A DNA stretch of 46,983 nt from Octopus bimaculoides (GCF_001194135.2 NC_068986.1:87698620-87745602); one strand, 5' to 3'. Positions 24,442 to 36,732 are shown, numbered from the stretch's first letter. Program-made: numbers and translations. The notes: a model not told the origin generated them from the letters alone.

Positions 24442-24442
24442 A

Positions 24443-24475
<33 letters not shown>

Positions 24476-24792
24476 TGCTATACATATATATATAAATGTA
24501 TATATATATGTATATATAGGTAGATATACACATATATGTATATACATGCATATACATAAGTGTGTGTATGTACGTACAAAGATATATGCTTACAGACACC
24601 TGCACACACACACACACATATACACAGAAGCAGCAGAAACACACATATGTATACTTTCATCGAATAATACCTGTTTGTGTGTATTAATATAGAATGTCTA
24701 GAATCATCATTAATTTCTCATATAACTATTAAGCATTCTAGAGTAGTATGAAATCCGTTCGTTGCTACAACGCATATCTTATCGCACGCTTA

Positions 24793-24827
<35 letters not shown>

Positions 24828-25316
24828 GCACGCACGGACGCGCGCACTCAACCGATCTCCCACATATACACATACCAATTAATCATTCAACAGCCTTCAC
24901 ATGAGGTTAAATATGTATAAATGTTTGGAGCAATAACATTTACACCATACAAAGCTTAAGCGAAAGTCAGTATTACACATTACTGAAAGGCTGAAGCGGA
25001 GAAACAAGCCAAGAAATACTGGTTTTGTAATCTGCCGCTGGTACTCACAAATCTGATGCTACCCATGGGAAAATTACCATTAATCATGCTTTAAAAAGAC
25101 ATGGCTGTGTTCCTGTGTAAGACAAACATTCGCTACGAAAGTGTGCTCTCTGCGGCATACATTCAATTTGCATACATCTATATGTGAATGTGTGATTAGC
25201 ATGTGTCTTTGTAAGCGTGGTATGTTTGTGTGTTTGTGTAAGAGAGTGAGATAAAGAAGGAAAAGATAGAGAGATAGACAGACAGATAGATTGATAAAGA
25301 CAGAAAGAGTGAGCGT

Positions 25317-25425
<109 letters not shown>

Positions 25426-25544
25426 AGAATCATCTTTAAAATCGCTTTCATATTAAACGTTGTTCATTGTCAAATTTAGCATTAGTAGAGCTTTAGGAAA
25501 ATGTTTGGTAAGAATGTAAATTTGCAGTTACAACCACTAATACT

Positions 25545-25811
25545 AATAATACTACTACTACTGATGATGATGATGATGATGATGATAATGATGATGATGA
25601 TAATGATGATGATGATAATGATGATGATGATGATGATGATGGTAAATACTGCTGCCGTTGCTACTACTTCTACTACTACTATTACTACGAATGCTACAAT
25701 TACTACTACTGCTGCTACCATCACCAACACCTCCACAACTGCCACCGCCGCCGCCACCGCCTCTACTGCCATCAGCACCACTGCTGCTGCTGCTGCTGCT
25801 ACTACTACTAG

Positions 25812-25865
<54 letters not shown>
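25545..25865. repeat. Compound trinucleotide array (CTA/GAT/GCT/ACT)
   Basis: Direct reading; generates the poly-M/T/A/L ORFs. Confidence 0.95.
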
Positions 25866-25866
<1 letters not shown>

Positions 25867-25889
25867 GTTTATTATATCAAATAATGACT

Positions 25890-26200
25890 GCCTTTTTTTC
25901 CGTTATTATAATGGCCGTTGTCCCTCGGAGTTCGCTGGTCTCCTACCATCTCCATTGAAGCATTTGCAACCCACTCGGTCCTTGTTCATTCCTTAGTCTC
26001 CTCTCTTGTAGCTTTCCCCCCACTCACATTAAGCCATACGCTAGACATTGTTTCCAGACCTTTCTTCCTTTCTTCACAATACAAGGGTCCTCTGGAAATC
26101 CCCTCTTTGCAAGTATTGATTTGCAATAGCTTAAACAGTTCATTAACGGCAGCATGCTTTTATGGAGTTTCAGAGGGTCTGCGAAGGCCGTGAGGACTGT
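25890..26200 (-). mobile_element. Probable degenerate RTE-like LINE 3' end
   Basis: Fragments KSIL...GRKVWK and KDRVGCKCF..RRPAN loosely resemble RTE C-termini (TIL.G...RGR..K.W; DR..WR). Heavily frameshifted. Confidence 0.35.
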
Positions 26201-26857
26201 TCTTACCTCCAGACTCAGCAAATAAATAAATTATTAAATTAAATGTCAAAACTACATCCGAAAAATCTTGTTTTGTTGTGGGCCAGAAAATGCAGTTCTG
26301 TTTAGTTGCTGAATTTTTACTACACTCACGTAAGATGTAATTTAAGGTACTGTATATGTTGGTGTTTTTTAGATTTACGTCAACTCTGCTGGAGAAGGCC
26401 CATGATCAAGGCATTCTGTCCTGATTATCCCGGTCGTATTCCTATGCAAAGTGTATCTCAGTTTACATTGTATGTAAGTCGGTAGGGTGTGATATGAAGG
26501 ATATATAACGGCAGTTTTTGTGTTTCGAGTTGCGCTTAATACCGTTCAAGCACAAAATATCTACTTTGATATTGCTGCACATAAGAATTATCATAGACGA
26601 TATGGAAAATCTATAATTCTGATTGGCTAAATATTCGTTCCTCAACGTATGATATCCGACTGATTCTATCTCCTGTTTCACAGAGAAAACATTCTACGTT
26701 TGGGAAGCATTATTCTATGAAGATGAGCCAATGTTCTTGTAGGTGGAACTAACCTTCTCCCTGAAAGAAATTAAATTCATACTATGAAACGGAGGCGGCG
26801 GCTGATTTTGCTGCCTGTCTCTACGACACGCCGCAGATCGTTGATAGGAATGCAAAT

Positions 26858-27465
26858 TAGGACACCATTTACATTGGAAAATATGTAAACACTACAAAAT
26901 CAGCACTCCTGCTAACTAGTATGAACATTAATCATAAGCCAGTCGTTGAAGGTAAAAATGTCACTATCCTCTGGGATTTTTCAGTCAAAACTGACAGAAA
27001 GATCCAGACTATTTGACCAGACATAATTATTAAAGCCAGGGCAGAAAATACTTGTAGACTAAGAGATGTAAGTATTCTAAGAATATATCTTTTAAGCAAT
27101 TTGACAAATTAAGTAAGTACAACGACCTGGAAATTGAAATACAAAAGATGTAGCATCTTAAAACAAGAGCTGTTCCTGTTATTGTGGGTGTCCTAGGTAT
27201 GATAAGAAAAGGGATGTCAGAAACATCTAGATAATATCCCAGGAGAACGATGTCTCAGAGAAATCCAAAAGATTGTGCTGACAAATACTGCCCACATTCT
27301 TAGAAAAATCCTATTCATTTAAATGTCTGTGTTGTATTATATGAAGATATTTTGCTACTGCCACTGCCACTCCTTTCCCCAAGCCTTCATTCATACAGTA
27401 ACATCTCAATCCTCGAGCTCTGTATGATGGTGTGCAAGTGCGACTGACGAAACTAAAATGTCTAA
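26858..27465 (+). mobile_element. R4/Dong-clade RLE LINE 3' fragment (copy A)
   Basis: HLHWKICKHY...VEGKNVTILWDF.V.TDRKI....PDIII...DVSI...FDKLSKY.DLEIEIQKM.HLKT..VPVIVG.LGMI..KHLDNIPG...IQKIVL..TAHILRK, with the PD..D restriction-like endonuclease motif. The 3' UTR resembles those of copies C and D. Confidence 0.9.
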
Positions 27466-27850
27466 TATTCAGTGCTACTCACTCCCCAGTATCACTGCCC
27501 TGCCAAGATTTTTTGGCAATTATCCAAGGAGCCCGGCTTGAGAGACTTCTTGAACAAACCAGAGTTTCCCTGGTGATATAATGGCTCTTACTTAGCACTA
27601 TTTCACATTAGAACACCATGGTATTATATTCATAGAATGCATTGACTTATTGTCAGAGAGCTAGGAGCGCCTGACAGTGCACTTGTTGCGAAGTGCCCTG
27701 CCTCGGTCCACGCTTGATCTGCGGAAAGCAACGCTATCAAACGGTGACCAAACACGCACGCCGTCAAAGAAACTCTTAAGATGTCTCTGACACAACCCAT
27801 GTTTACTCATGGTTATCCACGGCATGCCCTGTCCTCCACGTAATAGATGT

Positions 27851-27937
27851 TGATAGCAAATGGTCTATTGTGTCGTTAAATGTGTCGCAGAATCTGCATT
27901 TAGGGTCAGGACCATTTTGAAGAACGTTATACTGGTA
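27851..27937 (-). mobile_element. R4/Dong LINE zinc-knuckle fragment (copy H)
   Basis: YQYNVLQNGPDPKCRFCDTFNDTIDHLLS = start of the CX2CX7H(X4C) knuckle. Confidence 0.7.
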
Positions 27938-28090
27938 GCCTACGGTACCATTCAATTCGCGCTTTCAGCTATCTAATACCTTCCTGTTTATTCCAGCCGT
28001 GCCAAGTAGGCAAAACTTTTGTAACTGTTCTACTGGACACTGTATTCCAATTTCCTTTATATGACTCTTGATGCCGTCTGATACTGTTCC

Positions 28091-28091
<1 letters not shown>
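27935..28091 (-). mobile_element. R4/Dong LINE extreme C-terminus (copy G, distinct subfamily)
   Basis: GTVSDGIKSHIKEIGIQCPVEQLQKFCLLGTAGINRKVLDS*; the 5' end abuts (TAA)n. Confidence 0.8.

Positions 28092-28152
<61 letters not shown>
28092..28152. repeat. (TTA)n array between R4 copies B and G
   Basis: Direct reading. Confidence 0.97.
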
Positions 28153-28668
28153 GTTCAGTAGTTTTATTTTTATAACGTGCTTTCACTACACTACCGAGCG
28201 CAGCTCTGTGCGCCTTGGGTATGTGCTGTGGTTTGCTGTGGTGCTCTTATGTTTACTGTATTGAAAGTGTTTTGCGTAGAATGTGTGCAGTACCCAGTAG
28301 TGCAATTTTCTGTATGTTATATATATTTGTAAGTCCTGGTGTTTTTGTTATGTATTTGTCTGAATATTTTTTTTATTATACCTAAGGCACCTACTATGAT
28401 CGGAATTGTTTCTGTTTTTAGACTCCACATTCGAGTTATCTCTATTTCCAGGTCTTTGTATTTTGAAAGTTTTTCCATTTCTTTTCGAGAAACGTTGTCA
28501 TCTGCTGGTATTGATACATCAATCAGAAAGCATTTTTTTTCTTCATGATCTTTGACAACTATATCTGGTCTATTTGCCTTAATTTCTCTATCTGTGTGTA
28601 TTGGCATATCCCAGAGTATGGTTGCTTTCTCGTTTTCTGTGACCTTTTCTGGCGTGTGTTTATACCTG
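28153..28668 (-). mobile_element. R4/Dong LINE 3' fragment with a well-preserved RLE domain (copy B)
   Basis: YKHTPEKVTENEKATILWDMPIHTDREIKANRPDIVVKDHEEKKCFLIDVSIPADDNVSRKEMEKLSKYKDLEIEITRMWSLKTETIPIIVGALG, a frameshift, then IQKIALLGTAHILRKTLSIQ*. The 3' UTR ends in (AAT)n. Confidence 0.95.
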
Positions 28669-28670
28669 CC

Positions 28671-29040
28671 TTATTTTAAATCTGCATGTTTGTTACAATC
28701 ACTTGCCGAGTCACACCCAACGTCCTAATATGACTGAAAGCTAGGCGAGAAGTGGCAGGGACAATAGTTAAATATTTTCTTGTAATATAACATAGACGTT
28801 TAATTTGATAGGGTTTTTCTAAGGATGTGGGCAGTACTTAGCAGCGCAATCTTTTGGATTACTCTGAGACATGATTCTCCTGGGACATTATCTAGATGTT
28901 TCTGACATCCTTATTTTGTCATACATAGGGCACCTGCAATAACAGAAATTGTTTTCGCTTAGAGATGCTACGTCTTTGATATTTAAATTTCTAGGTCCTT
29001 ATATTTACTTAATTTGTCAAATTCCTTTATGGATATATTT
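28671..29040 (-). mobile_element. R4/Dong LINE 3' fragment (copy C)
   Basis: NISIKEFDKLSKYKDLEI...GCQKHLDNVPGESCLRVIQKIALLSTAHILRKTLSN* plus 3' UTR ending gcagatttaaaataa; the 5' end abuts (TAA)n at 29041-29087. Confidence 0.92.
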
Positions 29041-29050
29041 ATTATTATTA

Positions 29051-29087
<37 letters not shown>

Positions 29088-29097
29088 NNNNNNNNNN

Positions 29098-30076
29098 TCC
29101 TTTTAATCTGCATGTTTGTTGCAATCACTTGCCGAGACACACCCAGCGTCCTGAGGCGAGTGACGGATCAAAGACATTACAATATGGCTAAAGGCTTGAC
29201 AAGGGGAAGTGGCAGGAGCAGTAGCAAAATATCTTCATGTAATACAATATATAGATTTAAATTGATAGGGTTTCTCTAAGGTGAAGACAGTATTTTTCAG
29301 CACAATAGCAAGTAGCAAATCATACAATCCATTATCCAAGTGTGTGGAATCATATCGTACGCCTTACGATATTCGATTCATGACATGACTAAGTTACTTT
29401 TCCTCCTCATGCAGTCCCTAAGTACAGTTTTGTCTATCAGGAATTGATCTTTGGTACCTCTGCACTTACGCTTGCAACCCTTCTGCTCATGTGACAGGAC
29501 TCCATTTTTTCCAGATGTTCATATATTGACTCTGCGAGTATTCCAGTCAATAATTTTCACCTAAGTGACAAACAGTATATCAGCCTGTAATTGTCTACCG
29601 TATTGCCTTTTTCGATGTTTCTCAAGCACAGCACTGTTCTAACCAATGTCAACCACTCTGGTGTTACTTGGTCGGCATTTAACAAGGTGTTGAGTTGCGC
29701 AGTTATTCGTGCATGACATTCACCAAATGTTTTGATCCAGTAGCCTTGAACTCCATCTGGTCCCGTGGCCTTCCAGGTGCTCATTTTTTTTGCTAATTCC
29801 CTTCACTTCTCTAACTGAAATGACTAGTTCTGCCTGTTTGGGGCAGACTAATGTTTGTTTCAGTTCTTGCTACCATTCAGCATTCTTCTTGTGCTCGTTT
29901 TCTTTGCTCCAGATGTCACTCCAAAACCTTTGACTTTCAATGTTATATGGTATCAACTTTCCACCTGTACACCATCCATTTATTTCTTTCTAGAATCTCT
30001 TTTGATCTACTCTGAATAACCTATTCTGATGATAACCCTTCATTCTTTGGTCGTATCCTGCCATCTTTGCTTTCTA
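29098..30076 (-). mobile_element. R4/Dong LINE, RT N-terminal region fused to the 3' end (copy D, large internal deletion)
   Basis: [95 protein letters not shown] joins near 29310 to the terminal IVLKNT segment and 3' UTR. The 5' end abuts (TAA)n at 30076-30090. Confidence 0.93.
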
Positions 30077-30090
30077 TTATTATTATTATT

Positions 30091-30311
30091 AAGGCGGTAT
30101 AGCACGCCGGGCGAAATGCTTAGCGGTATTTCGTCTGTCTTTACGTTATGAGTTCAAATTCCGACGAAGTCGACTTTGCCTTTCATCCTGCCGGGGTCGA
30201 TAAATTCAGTACCAGTTACACACTGGGATCGATGTAATCGACTTAATCCCTTTGTCTGTCCTTGTTTGTCCCCTCTATGTTTAGCCCCTTGTGGGCAACA
30301 AAGAAATAAGA
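30091..30311 (+). mobile_element. Nin-domain SINE, near full length
   Basis: Same family as 8428-8667, including the gtctgtccttgtttgtcccctctatgtttagccccttgtgggc tail. Confidence 0.92.
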
Positions 30312-30529
30312 ATCGTTAGCATAACGTGCGAAATGCTTAGCGTTATTTGGTCTGCCGCTTCGTTCTGATTTCAAATTCTGCCGAGTTCTACTTTGCCATT
30401 TATCCTCATGGGGTGGAGAAATTAAGTCCAGTGAAACACTATGGTCGTTGTAATCTATCTTAGTCTTTAGATGCATTCATCTAATCCTCTCCCCACCAAA
30501 TTTCAAGCCATGTGCCTTTAGTAGAAATG
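30312..30529 (+). mobile_element. Second, older Nin-domain SINE in tandem, with an alternative tail ending in (ATT)n
   Basis: aatcgttagca..gaaatgcttagcg..caaattctgccgag..ctttgcc...ccaaatttcaagccatgtgcctttagtagaaat, then (ATT)n. Confidence 0.85.
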
Positions 30530-30595
<66 letters not shown>

Positions 30596-30860
30596 GTTGT
30601 TGTTGTTGTTCCTGTTACTGTGGTATTCGTTATTGTTGCTGTATTTGTTGTTGTTATTGTTGTATTTATTTTTTGTTGTTGTTTTAGTTTCGTTCCAAGC
30701 TCTAACTCAGCCGAGATCAACATTGTCTTTCATCCTTTATCATGTTGATGAAATAGGAACCATTAGGTTCGATGTGGTCGACTTGACGCCTCACCCTAAA
30801 TTGCTGGCCTTGTGACAAAATTTGAAACCATTATTATAATTATTATTTTTGTTGTTGGTG

Positions 30861-30941
<81 letters not shown>

Positions 30942-30965
30942 ACAGCAGCAGCACCAGCAGCAGTA
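30530..30965. repeat. (ATT)n/(GTT)n/(AGT)n/(AGC)n arrays enclosing a SINE 3' fragment at about 30690-30830
   Basis: Direct reading; the fragment cagccgagatcaac..tctttcatcc...ggccttgtgacaaaatttgaaacc is followed by (ATT)n. Confidence 0.85.
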
Positions 30966-32011
30966 GCAGCAGCAGTAGCAACATCGGAAGCAGCTTCAAC
31001 AGCATCAATTGCACTTGTAATAGCATGAAAACATGAATAACCGTTTATGCCTTATATGTGACTGTAGAGATGTGAATTCATAATGAAGAGAAAAAGTGAA
31101 AAAAAGAAAGGAAACAAGTAAAGGAAAATTACAAACAACCAACAAATTGTAAAATAAAGTAAATGCAAGGTTAATCTGTCTTAATCATTGCTTGTAATTA
31201 TTACTTCGAACTCTGTTACAGAAGTTTTAGTGGAAGAGGAGAAAAATGAGAAATAAATGTATTTAGATTTTTATTAAGAATGGAGATCTATGTTTTATAG
31301 CTTTTCTCTCTATCGTTTGAAGCGTTCCCAAAGCCAATGCTTTCTTCTTCTCTTCTCCTCTCACTCCATCACCACCAAAAGGTCATTAGGTCAAATGATA
31401 GTCTCCAATCACTGTCATCAAACTTAAACTTGATATTTCATCGTTCAGCCCGAAGGCTCTTCTAAGGATCAGCCCTTTGACAGGTCAATAATGTAATACT
31501 TATTGAAATTTAACATCTTTCAGAAATTATGCTTTTCTCGGTTTCATTTCTTGATCCTTCTGACATGTTTGTTGCACCATAAGCATAATGACAGCTCTTA
31601 GAGTAGTTTCTTGCTGCCGACATAATTCCAATGTTTTATCTGTTTTGCTCTTTTTATCGTCTTGCCATCGCCTATTTCAGCGCACTTTAATCCAGTTGCG
31701 TTCTAACACGGATGACAACCTAATCCGCCATCTGCGCGTTGAATATGCTGTATGAGAAAGTTGACTAAGAAACGTAACAGCCATTATGAAGATTAGTGAG
31801 AACTATAACAGAAACACATATATATCCGTGTTTAACAAAAATATGTCTCTGTTTTCGATTTAGGAGACATGACATTTCGGTTTAATACGCATCTGTTTCG
31901 ACAAACGGACACAGCGGGCATTTATTCTCGCTTTCCAATTATATAATGCCTGCTATCATTTTGTAACGATATCTGCCTATAAAATAAAATGTTATAAAAT
32001 AAAATGTTATA

Positions 32012-32012
32012 A

Positions 32013-32089
<77 letters not shown>

Positions 32090-32100
32090 TAGTAATAATA
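32012..32100. repeat. (AAT)n microsatellite
   Basis: Direct reading. Confidence 0.95.
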
Positions 32101-33624
32101 ATAGATATAGCAGAATGAAATTAGACGAAGAGTAGCTGAGATGGCGAAGAAAAAATAGAAAAATACGAAACGAGAAGAGTCAAAAGGAGAAGGAAGATAA
32201 TGATACAAAGAAGAGCAAGTGAAATGATGAAAATGATGATGATGATGATGTTGATGATGATGTTGATGATGATGATGATGATGATGATAGTGCGATTCTT
32301 AAATTGATGTCATGATTTATTACACTTTTGATAAAAATTAATAATCATATAATCTAGACTGGAATTGCAATCTAACAGCAATCCAAAAGAAAATATTCCT
32401 TTATCTGAGAATATGCGCAATATTTAACTAAAAGAAACAATACATTTATTCCGTGCATTTTTTTTTTTTCGAACAAGCAGAAAGAAGTAGTTGTAATATT
32501 TATAACTTCTCCGGAGGACAATTTTGATGTGAGTGAAACGCAAAGGTTTCAGCAGGGAAACAAAGCTTACTCACAGACTTAACTTGTCAGGTGCTTAACT
32601 CTTATGCTATGTTACACGGTATATTTGTTCTTGAAATATTCATATATTTTTGACTTGCTACAAAAGTTCTGTTTTATAAAACTATGAAATCGTAAGCCGT
32701 ATCCTTCATTTTCTCCCTAGAATGATTTTTCACAATAAATGAAATAAAAGTGCTGTCGCCATCCAAACATTTTACTGATGAGTAGCAGAGCCAACGATAT
32801 ATTCTGTCTATTCAGGTGAAGTTAATTCTAATACTTTATCTTCTGTTGATTATAGGAATGATATGAGCATTACATGAACCTATTTCTTCATATACACTTC
32901 TCATTAAAATACTCACTGAGCAGAAAATACGACAAAGCAATATTAAATGCTAATGTCAATTTTCTTCATCTCTGTTTGTGCAGGATTGAATGTATTTATA
33001 CATGTAGCTACATACATACATTCGTATGTATGCCATGGGTATGAATCTAAACTGCAACAGGTAGTGGGGGCCTGGTTCGAGAGCCCCAGTGTTTGCAGGA
33101 GTGTGAAACATCATAGCCATTATCATTCCAAGGACTACGCTGATCCGTCAGAGTCCCAGTTAATGATTAATTAGCATGTCATGAAAGAAACTCCAAGCAC
33201 AAACCTTACGCTGACTTGCGAATGAGCTGGAAATAACTAGGGAAGACACCTTCAGCAGCCAGTCAAGAAGTGGAGTTCTTCATGTGGTCCAGTGCCCTTT
33301 TTGGCAACCTTTCATCAAATACAAGATTGGTGAACCTCTTCAGGATTGCAATGTAATTTTAACTAGAATTCCATACCAAAGTAAAACTTTAGCTTGCAGA
33401 TCGCCGCAGCTGTCCTAAACTACCGGACAACTGTGGTGATTCTTCCATGTTTTATAGAGTGGGATCGCTCTCGCGGGTTGACCCTCACTTCGAATCTACT
33501 TAGCGCGTATATGAAGAATATTTGTCCACAGTGCTCTAGAACCTACCATTTAAGTTTCGGTTTCAATATCTGTTTAAAGATTAGCCGGTCTTTTTCATGA
33601 TCTTCGATCAACGATGACCTACCA

Positions 33625-33905
33625 TCATGTATGTAGTATGTATGAATGTATGTATGTATGTATGTATGTTTGTTTGTGCGTACGTATGTGTGTATTTATG
33701 CATGCATGCATGTATGTATGTTTGTATGTCTGCATGTTTGTATGTACGTACATATATATGTATGTATTAATGTATGTATGGATACGTGTATGTATATATC
33801 TATGTATGCATGTATGTGTGCGCGAGCATGCATGAATGTATGTATGTGCGTAGATGTATGTATGTATGTATGTATGTATGTATGTATGTAGCATGTGTGT
33901 ATGTA
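33625..33905. repeat. Degenerate (TATG)n array
   Basis: Direct reading. Confidence 0.9.
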
Positions 33906-34619
33906 TATAGACTGCAAAACGAGAAAATTAGTCCACTGGCACAAGTTAATGAATAAGAAAGTGAGACATACAATTAAAAGGACCTAACCGACTATAAGTG
34001 ACCCAAGAAACGAGAATGGCAAACGTATCTTTGGAACTCAGAAATAAATTGGAACTCAGAAATAAAAGAATGAAATTAAATACCATGCGGTACTTTATTC
34101 TTTGTGTCTAATCACCGTCCTAGAATATGTTAACATTAAATCTTCATGAGATTGTACGTTTACTAAAACGAAAAATATGTGGCTTCAAACACACTCTGGA
34201 GAAGCAGTGGTTTAACTGAATATAACACTAATTATTTAATTATCAGCAATCATCTCATGCCCTGCCGCCACCAACAACAGAATTGTCCGAACTCATCAAA
34301 GCTTGCTAATAAAGCGTCAATTTTAAAGTACTGCCACATTGTATGTCTCTCTATGATTAATTACAGTTACATGTTGATTGCTGAGTAACTTGGTTACGGA
34401 CAGAGGGCAGCTTTGGTGTTAGAATTAAAGTCACAATTATCTTGAATATTCTAAGAAAATACTTTCGTACACATATTTTAGAGAATTGACTGGAAATCAA
34501 TAAATTTGGTAGTTTAGGGGTGAAGAAATAGTACAGCTTACTCGCTTATATAGAAACACGTATTGATTGGATATAAAACAATTATGAGTCTTTCAAACTC
34601 TGGGTATATGTATATCTAT

Positions 34620-34705
<86 letters not shown>

Positions 34706-34737
34706 ATATGTATGTGTATATGTGTGTGTGGTACATA

Positions 34738-35077
34738 TTGTTGATGTTGTTGGCATTCCGTCGCTTACGACGTCGAGGGTTCCAGTTCATCCTATCAACG
34801 GAATAGCCTGTTCGTGAAATTAACGTGCAAGTGGCTGAGCACTCCACAGACACGTGTACCCTTAACGTAGTTCTCGGGAATATTCAGCGTGACACAGTTT
34901 GACAAGGCTGACCCTTTGAATTATAGGTACAACAGAAACAGGAATTAAGAGTGAGAGAAAGTTGTGGTGAAAGAGTACAGCAGGGTTCGCCACTATCCCC
35001 TGCTGGAGCTTCGTCTGGGAATCGAAACCACGATCCTATGACTGCGAGTCTGATGCCCTGACCACTGGGCCATTGCG
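34738..35077 (-). mobile_element. tRNA-derived SINE sharing its 3' module with 4541-4860
   Basis: Minus strand begins gcaatggcccagtggtcagg (A box) and ggtttcgattccc (B box); ends ggaatgccaacaacatcaaca, a (CAA)-like tail. Confidence 0.85.
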
Positions 35078-35199
35078 TAAATGTAAATAAATATACACAC
35101 ACACGCAAATATATGTATGTGTGTAGGTGTTCTTATATATATGTACATTTATGTATATGCATATATATTTATATAAATATATACATAAGTGTGTGTATC

Positions 35200-35845
35200 T
35201 ATAAAGGAGCCATTCTTACTACACTCAGAAACGTTGGCTCAGAAACGTGGATACTCTATAGACTACACCTTAACCAACTAGATATCTTCCACAAAGTCTG
35301 TCTGAGGACAATATGCAGTTACTCACTAAAAGACAAATTTTCTAATGCCGATTTGTTTAGCAAGTGTAAGATTGGTGGATTTGATAGCTTCCTTATACAA
35401 TTGCGATTGCATTGGGCTGGCCATGTCGTCAGAATGAGTGCCGAAAGAAGACCCAAAGGCCTCATGTACAGCCAGTTTGAGAGTGGACACAGGAATGTTG
35501 GTAGACCATAAGGACAAGTAATCTCTTAGTGATGAAGATAGCTCACAACACCTATGAGCGAACAGCCTTGGTTCGAACAAAATGGAGGGCATTGTGTCAG
35601 AATGGTATTAAAAACTTTCTTGCAACCAGCATTAACAGGCTCCGGGGTACAAGGCAAAGGAGAAAAACGGCTGCAAATATATCAACTCTACTGAGCTGCA
35701 ATCCTCAAACTTGCAAAATGTGTGGCCTTCTTTGCAAATCGTTGGAGGGTCTTAATCTTAAATGTCACATTCGACATAAGCATTATGACTGACAAAGTAA
35801 AAGTACGTTGTCGGAGCCTCATACGTTGAAACCGAGAGTCCGTCA
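35200..35845 (+). mobile_element. RTE-clade LINE 3' fragment with a C-terminal C2H2-like finger
   Basis: GSETWILYR.HLNQLDIFH..CLRTI...LRLHWAGHVVRMSAERRPKGLMYSQFESGHRNVGRP...RTKWRALCQNGIKNF...CKMCGLLCKSLEGL..HIRHKH; stops and frameshifts present. Confidence 0.9.
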
Positions 35846-35857
35846 TATATATATATA

Positions 35858-36732
35858 CACAGAGATGCAGGAAGTAAATACACACTTTAAATTTTCAAAA
35901 TGTTTTACTTATTGCGCAAAGCGAGCAATTGAAATGTAATCGATAGGTAGGACTGCATACTTTAGCGTTTGGTTGACATTCCCTTTGCAGTTTTTAATCC
36001 AGAAACTCTTTTTGGCATCGAACTGATGAGCTTTGTGATTGTCTCTTGTGGAATTTCTGCTCACTTTTCACGCAACAATCGAAATAATACATCTTTAGAT
36101 TTAGGTTTTTGTCGAGTTTTTTTAATAGCTCTGTCTAGTATGCTCCAAAGATTCATGTCAGGAGATTAGCTCGGCCAAGTAAACTTTTTGATCCCATTTT
36201 CAGTCAGCCATTTTTTATTCCTTTTCGATGTGTGGCCTGGAGCCCCATCTTCCATGAATAAAAACTCATTTCTCGTTATGTTATCGTGTGAATACATCGG
36301 AAGTAATCCTTGCTTAAGTATTTCGATTTATTTTTCAGAGTTTATGGTTCCAAGACATTCGATCAGCTCAGAACGACCATTGCTCGTGACAGCTTCCCAT
36401 ACTATTACAGAGATACCGCCATGTTTCACAGTTGGTTGGAGTCGTTTCAAATCAAATTCTTGATTGGGAAGCTCCCAGACCTAAACACGTCCACTATCTG
36501 AAAATAATGCAAATCTGGATTCATCTGAGAAAATCACAGTATCCCAAAATGAACTGGATTTTTCTGACATCGCCTTAGCTAATTTCTTTCTTTTCATGAT
36601 ATTAATTGGTTCAAGGAGACGTTTTATTCTAGCTGCTCGACCATTATACCCAAGCTTATGCAGATTTGTAACACACGTTCTTGGACTAATTTGTAGCTGT
36701 TTCACAATATCAGAAGCCTTCGATCGGGGTTC
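35858..36732 (-). mobile_element. Tc1-family (DD34E) transposon remnant; 5' end lost in an N gap
   Basis: [62 protein letters not shown] probable terminal inverted repeat starts after TA at about 35858. Confidence 0.92.

Noticed and set aside
25501-25996. Mucin-like or signal-peptide ORFs (poly-M/T/A, poly-L/P)
   Set aside because: Compound trinucleotide arrays open in several frames on both strands.
26740-26790. Possible minus-strand microexon (tttctttcag|ggagaag|gttagt)
   Set aside because: 7 nt is not frame-preserving and there is no gene context.
31681-31749. Plus-strand 69-nt exon candidate RTLIQLRSNTDDNLIRHLRVEYA
   Set aside because: Splice signals are plausible but there is no homology or compatible neighbouring exon; expected by chance in 47 kb.
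33050-33110. Hairpin with a B-box-like ggttcgagagccc
   Set aside because: No A box or cloverleaf; insufficient for an ncRNA or SINE call.
34031-34066. Exact 18-bp tandem duplication ttggaactcagaaataaa
   Set aside because: Real but most simply a slippage or repair duplication; nothing lies between the copies.
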